From: Emiliania huxleyi CCMP1516
Lineage: Eukaryota
Assembly (NCBI RefSeq): GCF_000372725.1
Contig: NW_005201327.1
Span: 302,745-366,744, forward strand
Length of the DNA: 64,000 nucleotides
Direction of reading: 5' to 3'
Under the pieces are notes generated by a model. That model had not been told where the DNA came from. It searched no databases and saw only the letters and a list, made by a program, of their open reading frames with translations. This document shows, piece after piece, positions 21,583 to 32,972 of the stretch. Position 1 is the first letter of the stretch; every line of letters starts with the position of its first letter. Made by a program: the position numbers and the translations under genes.

Positions 21583-24540
21583 GTGGTTCAAAGAGAATTC
21601 AAAGAGAAAGTGATTCGCCACAAGCGCGACAAGAACGCTGGCCAGTGTTTCATCGCTGCTCGCGGCAAGCAAGTGGAAGGAGAGTGTCCGACGCGGCCTA
21701 CTTCACTGCCATCGTCGCCATCATCACTACGAGGTCCATCACCGTCCGGCCTCTTGGAGTTCGCTGCTGAGCTCGGCAGCGAAGCTCTTGCCCAGAGAGT
21801 TGTCCGCACGACCTCGCTGCACGACCTCGCCGTCCAAGAGGTGCTGGTCGCACTCGAGACGCTGCTGCGCGAGGTGGCGTCGCCAGCATCGCTCCCGATA
21901 ACGCCGCATGTGCATCGGCTGCCAAGTGGGGACCGCGGAGTCTCGCTCGCCTTTCTGCAAGCAGTCCACGCCTTCTACTCGCAGCACAGCGGGCTTAGCC
22001 TGACAATGGAAGGTGTGTGCAAGGGGTCGGGCGAGCACGTCACGGTGTGCACGCTTACGCTTTCGACCGGACTCTCCCTTGCCGAGAGCGTCGCGCACAT
22101 CGCGGAGCGCGACGGCCTCCACCTCGCGCGCCGTGCGGTCTCGCGCGCCCGTGGCTTCTTCTCCTACTCATGGACTGGCACTGCGCTCGCGGACATGCTC
22201 GCCGCCATCGATGACGTCGTGCGGCCGCTCGAGGAGGAGAGCGGAGGGCGACACGTGTGGGTCGATATGTTCTGCGCCTCGCAGAACCTGCTGGCGGGCG
22301 TGTACCGGTCCCCATCCATCACAAAGGAGTCGGACCCGGTCGGCTACCTCGCGCGCAAGGAGGACACCGACCGCATCTTTGACGACGCTCTCGAGGCGGT
22401 GAGCGAGGTCTACTTTTACTGCTCGCCGCTGGTCGGCGAGTGGCACGCGCCGCCGCACCCTTTCCTGAGCCCGCAGCGAGAGGCCAAGGGGGCGCCGGCG
22501 CAGCCGTGGGTGCGGCGGGGCGCGGCCGCCATCACGCGAGCTTGGTGCCTGTTTGAGCTGTCACACGCGCTAAGGAAGGGCTGCAAGCTCCACGTGGCAC
22601 TCAGTCCCGCTGACCGCACTCACTTCGTTGAGATGCTGACCTACAAGTTTGACGAGATTGCTGGGATCGTTGCCTCGATCGACGCGGATGACGCGCAGAT
22701 CTCAAAGGTGGAGGACCGCAGGTACATCCTTGGCTGCATCGAGTCGCTCGCGCCCGGTGCGGCGAACGCGGAGGCGGAGGGCCTGAGCCTCGTGACGGCG
22801 CGTGTGTCGGAGGCGCTTCGCGGCTGGCTGGTGGCGTCGGCGCGGGAGGAACTCGCTAGTCTGAAGCCGGCGGAGAGGGCGACGTCGGCGCTTCTCACTT
22901 CCGTGGGTCGGCTGCTGCAAAGCCAAGGCGACCGGCATGCCGCAGAGGCGCTGCTCCGCGAGGCGCTGGAGGGGAGGCGTGTGGCGCTCGGTGACCGGCA
23001 CCCGGACACACTCGCCTCGATGAACGACCTCGGTTTTGTGTTGCTTGAGCTGTGCGATTATGACGGTGCGGAGGCGCTATGCCACGAGGCACTGCAGGGG
23101 AGGCGAGAAACGCTCGGCGACAGGCATAGGGACACGCTCACGTCGGTTTGGCGCCTTGGACAGCTGCAGATGGTGAGAGGTGGCGATTCCTCGGAGGCGC
23201 TACTCCGCGAGGCCGTGGAGGGGATGCATCAGTTGGGAGAGACGTGGCATTCGGATGCGCTCGAGGCCGTCAACGACCTCGGCCAGGTGCTGAAGGCCAA
23301 GGGCGACCTCGACGGCGCGGAGGTGCTGCTTCGCAAGGCGCTCGAGGGGAGCCGAGAGACGCTCGGCGATCGGCACCCGCGCACTCTTGAGTCGATGCTT
23401 ACCCTCGGCTCGCTGCTGGAGGAGAAGGGCGACCTGGACGGCGCGGAGGCGCTGCTTCGCGAGGCGTTGGAGGGGCGGCGAGAGACGCTCGGCGACCGGC
23501 ACCCGAGCACGCTCGCCTCGATCGGCAGCCTCGGCTCGCTGCTGCAGGACCAGGGCGACATGGACGGCGCGGAGGCGCTGCTTCGCGAGGCGCTAGAGGG
23601 GAACCGAGAGACGCTCGGCGACCGGCACCCAAACACGCTCATCTTGATCTTCCGCCTCGGCTCGCTGCTGGAGGAGAAGGGTGACCTGAACGGCGCGGAG
23701 GCACTGCTTCGCGAGGCGCTGGAGGCGTGCCGAGAGACGCTCGGCGACCGGCACGAGAACACGCTCGGCTCGATCAACAACCTGGGCGGGCTGCTGAAGG
23801 CCAAGGGCGACCTGGACGGAGCGGAGGCGTTGCTTCGAGAGGATCTGGAGGGATGCCGAGAGACGCTCGGAGACAGGCACGAGAGCACGCTCGGCTCGAT
23901 CATGGGCCTCGGCTCGCTGCTAGAGAAGAAGGGCGACCTGGCAGGCGCGGAGGCGCTGTATCGCGAGGCGTTGGAGGGGCGGCGAGAGACGCTCGGCGAC
24001 CGGCACCCGGACACGCTCATCTCGTTCAGCAACCTGGGCTCGCTGCTGCAGGACCAGGGTGGCCTGGACGGCGCGGAGCCGCTGCTTCGCCAGGCGCTGG
24101 AGGGGAACCGAGAGACGCTCGGCGACCGGCACCCGGACACGCTCATCTCGATCTTCCGCCTCGGCTCGCTGCTGGAGGAGAAGGGCGACCTGAACGGCGC
24201 GCAGGCGCTTCTTCGAGAGTCGGTGGAGGCGCATCGAGAGACGTTTGGTAGCCGGCACGAGGGCACGCTCGCCTCCGAGGCTAAGGCGGCAAGCATCGAT
24301 ATCGCCCTTGGCGCCGCCGACGCAAACGCCCTGCGCGATGTTGTCGCGCGCATGGCGGCAGCGCTGGGTGCCGAGCACCGTCAAACGCGCAAGTACGCTG
24401 CGCTCCTGCGGCAGCCTGACGCCAAAAGCGGGCGCGTCAGTGGGCGAGCTCCTAGGCGCATGGCAGTGGCGACGTGGCGTCAGTGGGCGGGTCGGTGGCG
24501 TGCGGGCACGCGAGGAGCTCCTTCGAGAGTAAACAAGTAA
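21583..24540 (+). CDS. HET/TIR-like N-terminal domain + 11 x 42-aa kinesin-light-chain-type TPR repeats (intronless)
   Basis: FFSYSW, VWVDMF and TRAWCLFE motifs; repeats LGSLL..KGDLDGAEALLREALEG.RETLGDRHP.TL. Start codon uncertain. Confidence 0.88.
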   Translation: MVQREFKEKVIRHKRDKNAGQCFIAARGKQVEGECPTRPTSLPSSPSSLRGPSPSGLLEFAAELGSEALAQRVVRTTSLHDLAVQEVLVALETLLREVASPASLPITPHVHRLPSGDRGVSLAFLQAVHAFYSQHSGLSLTMEGVCKGSGEHVTVCTLTLSTGLSLAESVAHIAERDGLHLARRAVSRARGFFSYSWTGTALADMLAAIDDVVRPLEEESGGRHVWVDMFCASQNLLAGVYRSPSITKESDPVGYLARKEDTDRIFDDALEAVSEVYFYCSPLVGEWHAPPHPFLSPQREAKGAPAQPWVRRGAAAITRAWCLFELSHALRKGCKLHVALSPADRTHFVEMLTYKFDEIAGIVASIDADDAQISKVEDRRYILGCIESLAPGAANAEAEGLSLVTARVSEALRGWLVASAREELASLKPAERATSALLTSVGRLLQSQGDRHAAEALLREALEGRRVALGDRHPDTLASMNDLGFVLLELCDYDGAEALCHEALQGRRETLGDRHRDTLTSVWRLGQLQMVRGGDSSEALLREAVEGMHQLGETWHSDALEAVNDLGQVLKAKGDLDGAEVLLRKALEGSRETLGDRHPRTLESMLTLGSLLEEKGDLDGAEALLREALEGRRETLGDRHPSTLASIGSLGSLLQDQGDMDGAEALLREALEGNRETLGDRHPNTLILIFRLGSLLEEKGDLNGAEALLREALEACRETLGDRHENTLGSINNLGGLLKAKGDLDGAEALLREDLEGCRETLGDRHESTLGSIMGLGSLLEKKGDLAGAEALYREALEGRRETLGDRHPDTLISFSNLGSLLQDQGGLDGAEPLLRQALEGNRETLGDRHPDTLISIFRLGSLLEEKGDLNGAQALLRESVEAHRETFGSRHEGTLASEAKAASIDIALGAADANALRDVVARMAAALGAEHRQTRKYAALLRQPDAKSGRVSGRAPRRMAVATWRQWAGRWRAGTRGAPSRVNK

Positions 24541-27500
24541 GTTAGTTGCCTCTGCTGTGATGTGTTGATGTATGCGTTCTTGGACTTGTTTCGTTGTTTG
24601 TCTACTCTTCCTTTGAATTATAGACGGAAAAAGGAAGCAATAGGATGCCCAAGCGCTCCTCCGAAAAAGAAAGAAGAAAAAGAAAGAAAACACGACAACA
24701 ACCTAGCTAAAGAAACCCGCACGGTCAAATCCGCTTTTTTGAGCCCGGTTCCACACCAGTGCCCCGTCGACACACGGGTGCACTTTAGGTGATCGGCAGC
24801 CCCAGAGGAGTGGAAACTGATCCCCGGCGGGCCCTTCGCGACCGACGCGCGCGGCAGACGGCTTCGGATAGACATCGGCTCGGCTCCTAGCGGCTCGCAG
24901 AAGCAGCGCGGTCGCTCTCTCTCCGTCACGCCGTTGCGCGGTTGACGCTTTTTCGGCGCTCGCGGCGGGGCGGCAAAGCTGACTTTGAGGCCAATCAAGC
25001 CGGCCAAGGCCCCCACGGCGACGGCGCAGACACCACTCATGGCGCCGGTGGCCTCGGAGGCGGCGGAGATGGCGAGGTGTGCGCACATTTTGACGGGTGC
25101 GCCAGGCAGTGCTGGCGAGGCGCCCGCCGTTGACTGAACACCTTCTCGCGCGGCACGAGCGGCGCGCGGCGCTGCTGACGGGAGGAGGCAGTCACGGCCC
25201 GGACGGGTGCTGGCCGGTGGTCATCAGACCCGCGCGCAGTTCGGGACTGAACACCTCTCGAGGCGCGGCGCTGCAGCTGCAAAGTGATTGGTGTGCATCC
25301 GGCAGAGCCGGCGCGCTACGGCTTGCGCCCGTTGTCCAGACGCGCCGTGCCGCGCTCGCGCGCTCGCCGGATCAGCGCGTGCGGCAGGAACGATGCCGGT
25401 GTGCCAGTGTGCCGGTGTCGCATGCGGTGTGCCAGCGCGCCGGGTCCAGCGGACAGCAAGTTGTGTGTGGAGCGGGCGCGCGGTGGCCGTGGCGAATGTG
25501 AGCCGGCGCCACTCGCAGCCTGGTGTCGAGGCGCACTGCCTACTGCCCGTCGACTCAGCCGTGCGGCGGGGTATCCGTTTCTGTGAGTCGGTGGTGGTGC
25601 GCTTGGCGCGCATAGTGTGCGTGGGGTCTGTGTGCGTGTGCCACTCGCTCGCTGCTGCTGGATGCAACGGTTTCCCGTCGTAGTGTGTTGGGCGGCCCGT
25701 CGTAGTGTGTTTGGGTTGCTGAAAAGGAAAAGGCGAAATCAAAAGAGCGCTGCGTGACTCTGACTGTGAAAGCGTGGGTCCTCCGACGAGATCCGAAAGT
25801 TGATCGCCGATTAGGGTGTGTGTGTGTGCGAGGCTTGTCGTCGGCGTGACAGCGACACGATCATGCTTCATCCCGGGCCGCCGATGGCCGATAAGGTTGC
25901 CCTAGGGTGGGAGGGCCCTGCGCGCGTCGTCACGCGGTGCTCAAACGCCTCGCGGCGGTGCTGGCACGCAGCCCGCTGCCACGGTGCAATATGCACAAGC
26001 CGGCTCGCGCGGCCGCGATGCTGTTCTCACGCCGCGCGATTGGCAGCAATCGGCAGCGCGAGTGTCAACGCGCAGCATAGCCTCGGCAGTGGCGGTGATG
26101 GCGCAGCAGGCGCAGCAGCAAAGGCCATGCCCAGCTCCCTCTGCGCCACCGGAGCGTAGTGCGGGTGTGCGCGATGCCATCCCCGTGGGCGTCATCAACT
26201 GTGCGCTGGTGGCGAGCCTCTGTGGTCCTCAAATGGCCCTTCTGGCGCTTCGATGCCGCTGCAGCCGCGGCGCAGCTCGACGCGCACGGGCAGCTGTGCT
26301 CTCACAGTATGCCATTGCTACACACAGCCTATGGGAGGGTGCACACTTTTACCGGATCCCGCCGGGATCCCATGCTGGTGTGCGATGCTGTTCGGAGTGC
26401 CACTCGGTGGTAGCTGCGACGCGAGCGCTGCTGGGTGTGCCAGAGGCCAGCGCAGCATCCTAAGATCGAGCCACACCAGTGGCCCTGTCACGCCGGGCGG
26501 AGAGGGCCGCGTTTGAAGCAGCACAGGGAGCCGCACACTTTTACTTCGCACGTAAAAGTGTGCACACACCGGTGTGCAAGCAGGATAGCCCACACAGCGT
26601 GGGTCGGGCCCAAGTGAAGGGCTAGCCTGTGGAGAGCTCAATGCACACACTACTGCCTGGGCCGTATCCACTAGACAGGCCACATAAGGCGAACGGCGTG
26701 CGCACATGGGGCACCCGAGATCAACCAGTAGTGTGCGCGTGCGTGCAGGCCGGGTAGGGCTCCTCTAGAATCGGCGCACGAGAAGGGCGGGAGTACCACC
26801 TTTCTCGCCCGCTCAAAGCGCGCCTGGCCGTTGCGAAGCGAGCGCCGGAGACCCGCGAGGCGAGACGCGGAGCGGGGGCCCATGTCGGGGCAGCGCGTGT
26901 GCGCGTCCCGCTCACGGCTCAGGCGCCAATCCGACAGCATGACCCACGCCTAGCTTGAGAGCAATGCAGATTATGCCCACTCGCAGTCCATCATAACGGG
27001 CCTCTTATGTTCACCCGACAACCTTCCGAAGCGAGAGCTGGCAATGCGCCGTCCGGGCTTGTGCGCCTAGGCCAAGGCGCGGCAGTACAGCCGACTATCG
27101 GCGGTTTGGACTGGCTCTCGTCAGCTGCACGCGCGCCCGGGTTGAAGCGGGATGGAGTGGTGACACCGGGCGGTGCGTCAGGCTACCCGACGACGTTGGA
27201 GTCACTGTCACACGTCGCGGACAGCCTGCACACACGGCGGGGCCGGTGCGAAACGGGTGAAAAAGAGACTTTGCGGATTTCAACCGACTATGCGGGGTTT
27301 CTACTACCCAACCAGTCGGTAGCACGTCTGGCGCGAACGGCTACGGCCTTGCTCTCCACGACCACGGTCTCGTATGAACCTCGGTTGGTCAGGAGCCATC
27401 TCCATGTCCCCCGCTACTGTAGGTGGGCGCCGCTCGCGCACACCCACTCACCCAGTTGCAACAATCAACTCTAGACCCCGTCAACTCAGAGTGTCAACCA

Positions 27501-28163
27501 CGACTCCCGACACGGGAACACTGCACCTCATTCAGCCACAGACGCCGCAGCCGCCGGGCGTGTCCTCTGAGCTCTGTCCTGACTTGACACGCGGCGACGG
27601 CGACTGAGCAGCCTGCGAGCTCACTGCCCTGCCTTGATTCCTTCGGACCACTAAACCGCTCTACCTCGGCAGCAGAAGTGGGGCTGGAGCGGGTGGGGGT
27701 GGATGCCGATTGAGGGGGAGCGTCTCCAGCTGCGCCCTGTGGCAGCTGCGCCCTGTGGCAGCTAGTCGAGGGACTTGGTAGTTGTGACCCCCCTGAGTGA
27801 GCGTTTTGTGGTGTTTGTTGGTGTACGCAATAACGGGACAGGGTGGTTGTTCTCTCTATCTCCTCTTCTAGCTCTTAGCATGAGCTGCGCCCTGTGTCCG
27901 ACCCCTTTTGCGCAGCAACACCTTAAACTTTTAGGCCCTCCAAATTCGGGTCGGAGCGTAGCGGAGTGGGCCCCGAGTTTGAAAAGGGCGACGGACGCTT
28001 GCGTCCTAGCCTCCAACATCGCCTCCCCGGCGCAGAGGGGCCCCCGGAGGGATGCACAACCGCTCCACGCCACGCCGCTTGCGGCGGTCTTCGTTATTTT
28101 TGGCGGTAGCTATCTCCCCGGCCCGCGCCACCGATTGTAGTGTATTACGAGGAGAAAGAAGCC

Positions 28164-28877
28164 ATGCCGATCGACGTCGTTCTTCGCAGCGTGCCTCTCC
28201 ACCTCACCGACGCCCAGCTGTGTGCTCTCCTCGGCGTCGAGACGGTCACCCGCTTCCGGCGCACGTCCGGCCCGTCCGAGAAGCAAAATCCTCTCCACCT
28301 CGTGCGGGCGTGCTGCCGAAGCGAGAGTCAGGCGGAGCAGCTTCTGCTGCAGGGTCGCGTGAGTCTTGATGGGCAGGAGTGCGCCGTGGAGCGACCAAAG
28401 GCGGCCTCAGACAGCTCCGCCGCCACCGGCAAGCGGCCGGCGACGACGACGCTCGAGGCTCTGCTCGAGAGCTTCCCTCGCGTGGGAGAGGCTGTCCTCG
28501 TGCCGGCCGCGGCGGGAGGCGAGGCGGACGGTGGAGAGGAGGGAGGAGCAGCGGAGCGAGGCATGGCGGTAGGAGAGGCGGCGGAAGACGGCGAGAGCAG
28601 CTCCACTCCGGACACCTCTACTACTCTCTCCTCTGCTCCTCTCTCCTCTTCTCCTCCCGGCAGCTACTGCTGCTGCCGAGAGACGGATGGGTACCGTCGG
28701 GCAGCGGCGAGCAGCCTCCGCCCGGACGACCTCGTCCTCGAGATCGGCAGTGACCGCGGCGCGACGTGCGCCACCGCCGCGGAGATCTGCGGCGGCGAGG
28801 CGGTGGTCGGCGTTGACCTGAGCGACACCTCGGTCGAGGCGGCGAGGGCGGCGCACCCGTCGATACGCTTCGAGAAG
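28164..28877 (+). CDS. RRM-like region + class I SAM methyltransferase; 3' part not found
   Basis: LVLEIGSDRG..VVGVDLS..AARAAHPSIRFEK then a GT donor, with no recognisable next exon before 29116. Confidence 0.65.
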
Positions 28878-29115
28878 GTCTCGACGCGCTGCAGCAGCCC
28901 GCCCCGAGATTGACCGAGCTCGAGCGAGACTCACCGAGATTGTGGGCTTGTTGGCGAGCCAAAATGGTGCCGTCCTCCCGTCCCTCAGGCCCGTTTTCTT
29001 TATTTCTTTGTTTAGAACGACGGATCGACAGGGCCGAGATGCGCCAGAGCCAAGTCAACCTCGCACTCGTCGCCAGGGGCTGGGCGCACAGAGTCCCAAC
29101 CGTCTCGGTCTTCGC

Positions 29116-30579
29116 TCACTGCCCGCCTGGCGCCCACGCCTCGATCTTCTTGGGCAGCAGCTGGTTCGACAAGTCCTCTCCGTGCCCTAGGCAGCCGTGG
29201 CCGCCCTGACCCCAGGTGAAGACGGCGCCGTCGGCGGTGCGGGCGGTGCTGTGGAATGCTCCAGCCGACACAGCGACGACGCGCCGGCCAGCAAAAGTCT
29301 CGACCTTCTTCGGCAGCAGCTGGTCCTGCTCGTCACCGTGGCCCAACGGACCAAAGCCTCCACAGCCGCAGCTCCAGACAGCACCGTCGGCGGTGATGGC
29401 GAGGCTGTGCAGACCTCCAGCCGACACAGCGACGACGCGCTGGCCAGCAAAAGCCTCGACCTTCTTTGGTAGGAGCTTGCGTTGCTCGTCGCCGTGGCCC
29501 AGCCGGCCAAAGCCTCCATCACCCCAGCTCCAGACAGCGCCGTCGGTGGTGATTGCGAGGCTGTGGCTGCTTCCAGCCAGCACAGCGATCACGCGCCGCC
29601 CGGCAAAGGCCTCGATCTTCGTTGGCAGCGGCTGCCACTGCTCGTCGCCGTGGCCCAGCTGGCCAAAGGCTCCACCGCCCCAGCTCCAGACAGCTCCGTC
29701 GGCGGTGAGGGCGAGACTGTGGCTGCTTCCAGCCGACACGGCGACGACGCGCCTTCCCGCCAAGGCCTCGATCTTTGTGGGCAGCTCCTGTTCGGCGACG
29801 AGCTCGTCGCTGTGGCCCAACCGGCCAGCGTCTCCCCAGCCCCAGCTCCAAACACTGCCGTCCGCGGTGAGGGCGAGGCTGTGGCTACCTCCAGCAGATA
29901 CAGCGATGACGCGCTGGCCCGCAAAGGCCTCGATCTTCTTGGGCTGCCACTGGCTCTGCTCGTCGCCGTGGCCCAGCCCGCCCAAGCCTCCATAGCCCCA
30001 GCTCCAGACAGCTCCGTCGGCGGTGAGGGCGAGGCTGTAAGAATCTCCAGCCGACACGGCGACGATGCTCTCGCCACCCAGCGTAGGGAGGCGGGTCGGC
30101 GTATTCAGCCGCAGCACGCCCTCACCGTGACCGAGAAGGCCTGGAAAGTCCTCCGCGTCGTACTCGTCGTCCTCCTCGCCCTGTGCTGCCATGCCGCACG
30201 ACGAGAGCCGCCCCTCGCCGTCGATAAAAAGGCTGTGCTGCCAGCCTGACGCCGCCCTCGCTGGCAAGTTGGACTCGCGCAGCAGCGCCGACAAGCACAG
30301 CCACCGCACGGCGCATCCCTCGCCCTCTGGCAGCGCCGGCAGCTCGAAGCCGCGCTCTTGCGCCCACAAGCGGATGGCCTCCACCGCAAGCGAGGCGTGA
30401 AAGAGCAGCGAGACGGCCGCGACGCGAGCGATATCGGTGGGGTCGCAGTGAGAGAGGGCGCGCACGAGGAGCTCCGTGGGGAGGTCGAGGAGGCGGGCGG
30501 GCGGCGGCGTGTCTGGCGAGGGAGCGGCGGTGGAGGCGGTGGCGAGGCGGCGCGAGCGGCGGCGCGGTGGGGCAGACAT
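29116..30579 (-). CDS. F-box-like + RCC1 repeat protein, paralogue 3
   Basis: 487-aa ORF with the same architecture. Confidence 0.92.
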   Translation of the reverse strand: MSAPPRRRSRRLATASTAAPSPDTPPPARLLDLPTELLVRALSHCDPTDIARVAAVSLLFHASLAVEAIRLWAQERGFELPALPEGEGCAVRWLCLSALLRESNLPARAASGWQHSLFIDGEGRLSSCGMAAQGEEDDEYDAEDFPGLLGHGEGVLRLNTPTRLPTLGGESIVAVSAGDSYSLALTADGAVWSWGYGGLGGLGHGDEQSQWQPKKIEAFAGQRVIAVSAGGSHSLALTADGSVWSWGWGDAGRLGHSDELVAEQELPTKIEALAGRRVVAVSAGSSHSLALTADGAVWSWGGGAFGQLGHGDEQWQPLPTKIEAFAGRRVIAVLAGSSHSLAITTDGAVWSWGDGGFGRLGHGDEQRKLLPKKVEAFAGQRVVAVSAGGLHSLAITADGAVWSCGCGGFGPLGHGDEQDQLLPKKVETFAGRRVVAVSAGAFHSTARTADGAVFTWGQGGHGCLGHGEDLSNQLLPKKIEAWAPGGQ

Positions 30580-30611
30580 CGCGAGAAAAAGAATCTGAAA
30601 GGACGAAAAAG

Positions 30612-31874
30612 AATTTTACAACGAACAGCCTCGCACAACACTGGGCACAGGAAGGTTGAAGCGAGAATCGGAGAGAGACCGCGAAGAGAGATAGGAAGAG
30701 GCAGACCCCCTAGGGTAGGCGACGGCTAGCGCATCACACTCCTCTCCTTAAAATCCCTGTGTGGTGGCGGCGTGCCGTTCTCCCATCCCTCCCTTGGGTT
30801 GTCTGTTTTCTTTCTTTCTTTACTGGGCACAGGACTAGAATCTTGGTGACACAGTTTTTCTTTCACGAGGTGTATTCGCCTGCCAGCAGGAAAGGAAAAG
30901 GACGTCGCGGGACGAGGCAGACGAGAGCGACGCGGCAGAGGAGGAAGCGACAGGAGGGAGAACGACGAGAGTGGGACGACCGCGAGGCGGCATGAAGGTT
31001 GCAGCGGGGGTCCCGACCCCCCCTCCCTGGAAGCGATGTGCGCCTGCTCCAGTGTCGTGCGAAAAAAGGAAATTCCCCCAACCAAACACTCGCAAAAAGA
31101 AAAGGGGAAAATCAACCTCGCAGGCCCGACACACAGGTGCCGCGATATAAAATGATTATCACGGGCAAGACGATATAAAATAATCATTACCAAAATGATT
31201 ACCAGCAACACTCCCAGATGGTTCTCCTGCACATCACACCCCGACACAATCATGTTGAACCATAAATGTGACAAACAAAACATCTAAATGTGCCCGACTC
31301 GATCCTCTTCCGCTCTTGAGAGGCACATTAGGGACTCCGTCTCCCGGTCGTGTGCCGCCACGGCCAGCCAGCACAGGACAGCCGCTTTTGTGTTTTGACG
31401 CACCCTGAATTACGAGAAACTCAAACGAGCCTCAAGTGAAGAGGTCCTCACCTAGGTCCTCACGCCAAGAGGTCCTCTCCAAGAGAGGTCCTCCTAGAGG
31501 TCCTCACGCCAAGAGGTCCTCACGGCGCAGTGGATTATCCGTCGCAGAATGGTTGCGCGCCCCTACGCCGCCCCGCCGCGCGTCGCGACGGCCGGCGGCA
31601 CGCCTTTGTTTCCTCTCGATCCTCCCTCCCCCCCCTCTGTCCCGTGTCAGAGGCAGCGCTTCGTTCGAAGGAGCCAAAGCCCAGTTGTTCAACTTGTTCG
31701 AGCAACCTGTGTCCTGTGAGAGGCAGAGTAGAGAGAGATAGGAGGATAAATTGGTGGTGAATGTGCAGCATGGTCGCTTGCAAAGCCATAGCCCAGTGGT
31801 ACTCCGAGTGTATTGGTTTCTCTCACAGTCCCGTGCGTGCCCAGTGTCGTGCGAGGGAGCTTTGTTGTAAAATT
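30612..31874. mobile_element. Non-autonomous TIR element (~38-bp imperfect TIRs)
   Basis: AATTTTACAAC..CCTCGCACAACACTGGGCAC (30612-30648) versus its reverse complement at 31837-31874. Solo copy at 14730-14768. Confidence 0.65.
31440..31522. repeat. Six AGGTCCTC units
   Basis: Read directly. Confidence 0.85.
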
Positions 31875-31994
31875 ATCTCACTCCTCACCACAAATGCTCC
31901 CTACTGACAAGTCAGAAGCTAATGGCAAAGAGGTCGACCGCCAGGATATCCCCACCTCAGATAAAGGACGGCGTGTGAGTGAGTGAGTATTCTT

Positions 31995-32132
31995 ATACGA
32001 AGGGGGCGGGCAGCAGAGCGGGCGTATGGCGAGGAGGGGGATGGGAAGCGCCGAGGCGAGGGCGAGGCACCAGCCGAGGGCGACGGCGTACGGCGGGAAG
32101 TGGACCTTTGACGTCGCGGTGGAGACGAACGC
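31995..32132 (-). pseudogene. Orphan exon resembling the last helix of an SLC6/NSS transporter
   Basis: FPPYAVALGWCLALASALPIP after a CAG acceptor; upstream exons not seen. Confidence 0.55.
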
Positions 32133-32383
32133 CTGCACGGTGAGCACGACTTCAACCCTCGTAGTGTGTACCGCGAGCAGACACGCGGTGCGTGTACCAA
32201 AGATAGTGGGCCATTTTGAAGGGTTGAAATAGGCCTTCCTCCGGTGGGTCGCCCGGGCGCTGCGCGGCACGCCCGGCGGGGTCGTTGACGTGTGAAGTCC
32301 GTTACACACACCGCGATGTGTGTGCGAGATGTGTCCGATCACCGTGTGCATGTACATATGACCGGCAGATTAGCCGAGATATA

Positions 32384-32972
32384 TATGTCTTTTGATGTGT
32401 CACTGTGTACCTCATGTCAGTCTTGATAACAAGTACGGTCGATCCGTCAAAGCGATACACTCGTCACGATCACGTTGGACGGCTTGCACGGAGCTCTGTG
32501 CCGGCACGCACAGGAAGAGCCGTATGGCAAGAAGAGCTCGATGGGGAGCGAGAACCGTCAGAGGAGGTTTAGGTGGAACCTGACTCCTCCGTGACGCGCT
32601 CAATCGCTCCCAAGCGGGTGGCTCTCGAAAATCGTCGATATCTTCCGAAAAGACTGCTCTTGCCGCAGAGCAGCCGACGCGATGCAGACGGAGGCGCAGA
32701 AAGGCTACGAGTACTCAACGAGTTCCGCGACCTACGCAGTCAAACCTGGGGGGACTGATCGCATCAAGGCGGACTTCCGAAACCTCCGTTAGCACCTTTG
32801 GCGATTCTCGCTCCCCATCGAGCTCTTCTTGCCGTCGGCTCTTCCTGTGTGCCGGCACAGAGCTCCGTGCAAGCCGTCCAACGTGATCGTGACGAGTGTA
32901 TCGCTTTGACGGATCGACCGTACTTGTTATCAAGACTGACATGACGTACACAGTGACACATCAAACGACACA
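32384..32972. mobile_element. Foldback/MITE-like long inverted repeat
   Basis: Arms ~32384-32560 and ~32800-32972 are reverse complements; the ORF track gives the same peptide on both strands. Confidence 0.85.

Noticed and set aside
22950..24270. Regular repeats as a CRISPR array (also 38149-38305 and 52363-52540)
   Set aside because: Coding TPR repeats or tandem duplications without unique spacers; no cas genes; eukaryotic context.
24618..27700. Assorted ORFs
   Set aside because: No motif or consistent coding frame recognised; may be decayed sequence that a homology search could resolve.
30726..31283. 185-aa ORF inside the TIR element as a transposase
   Set aside because: No DDE or HTH features and non-coding composition.
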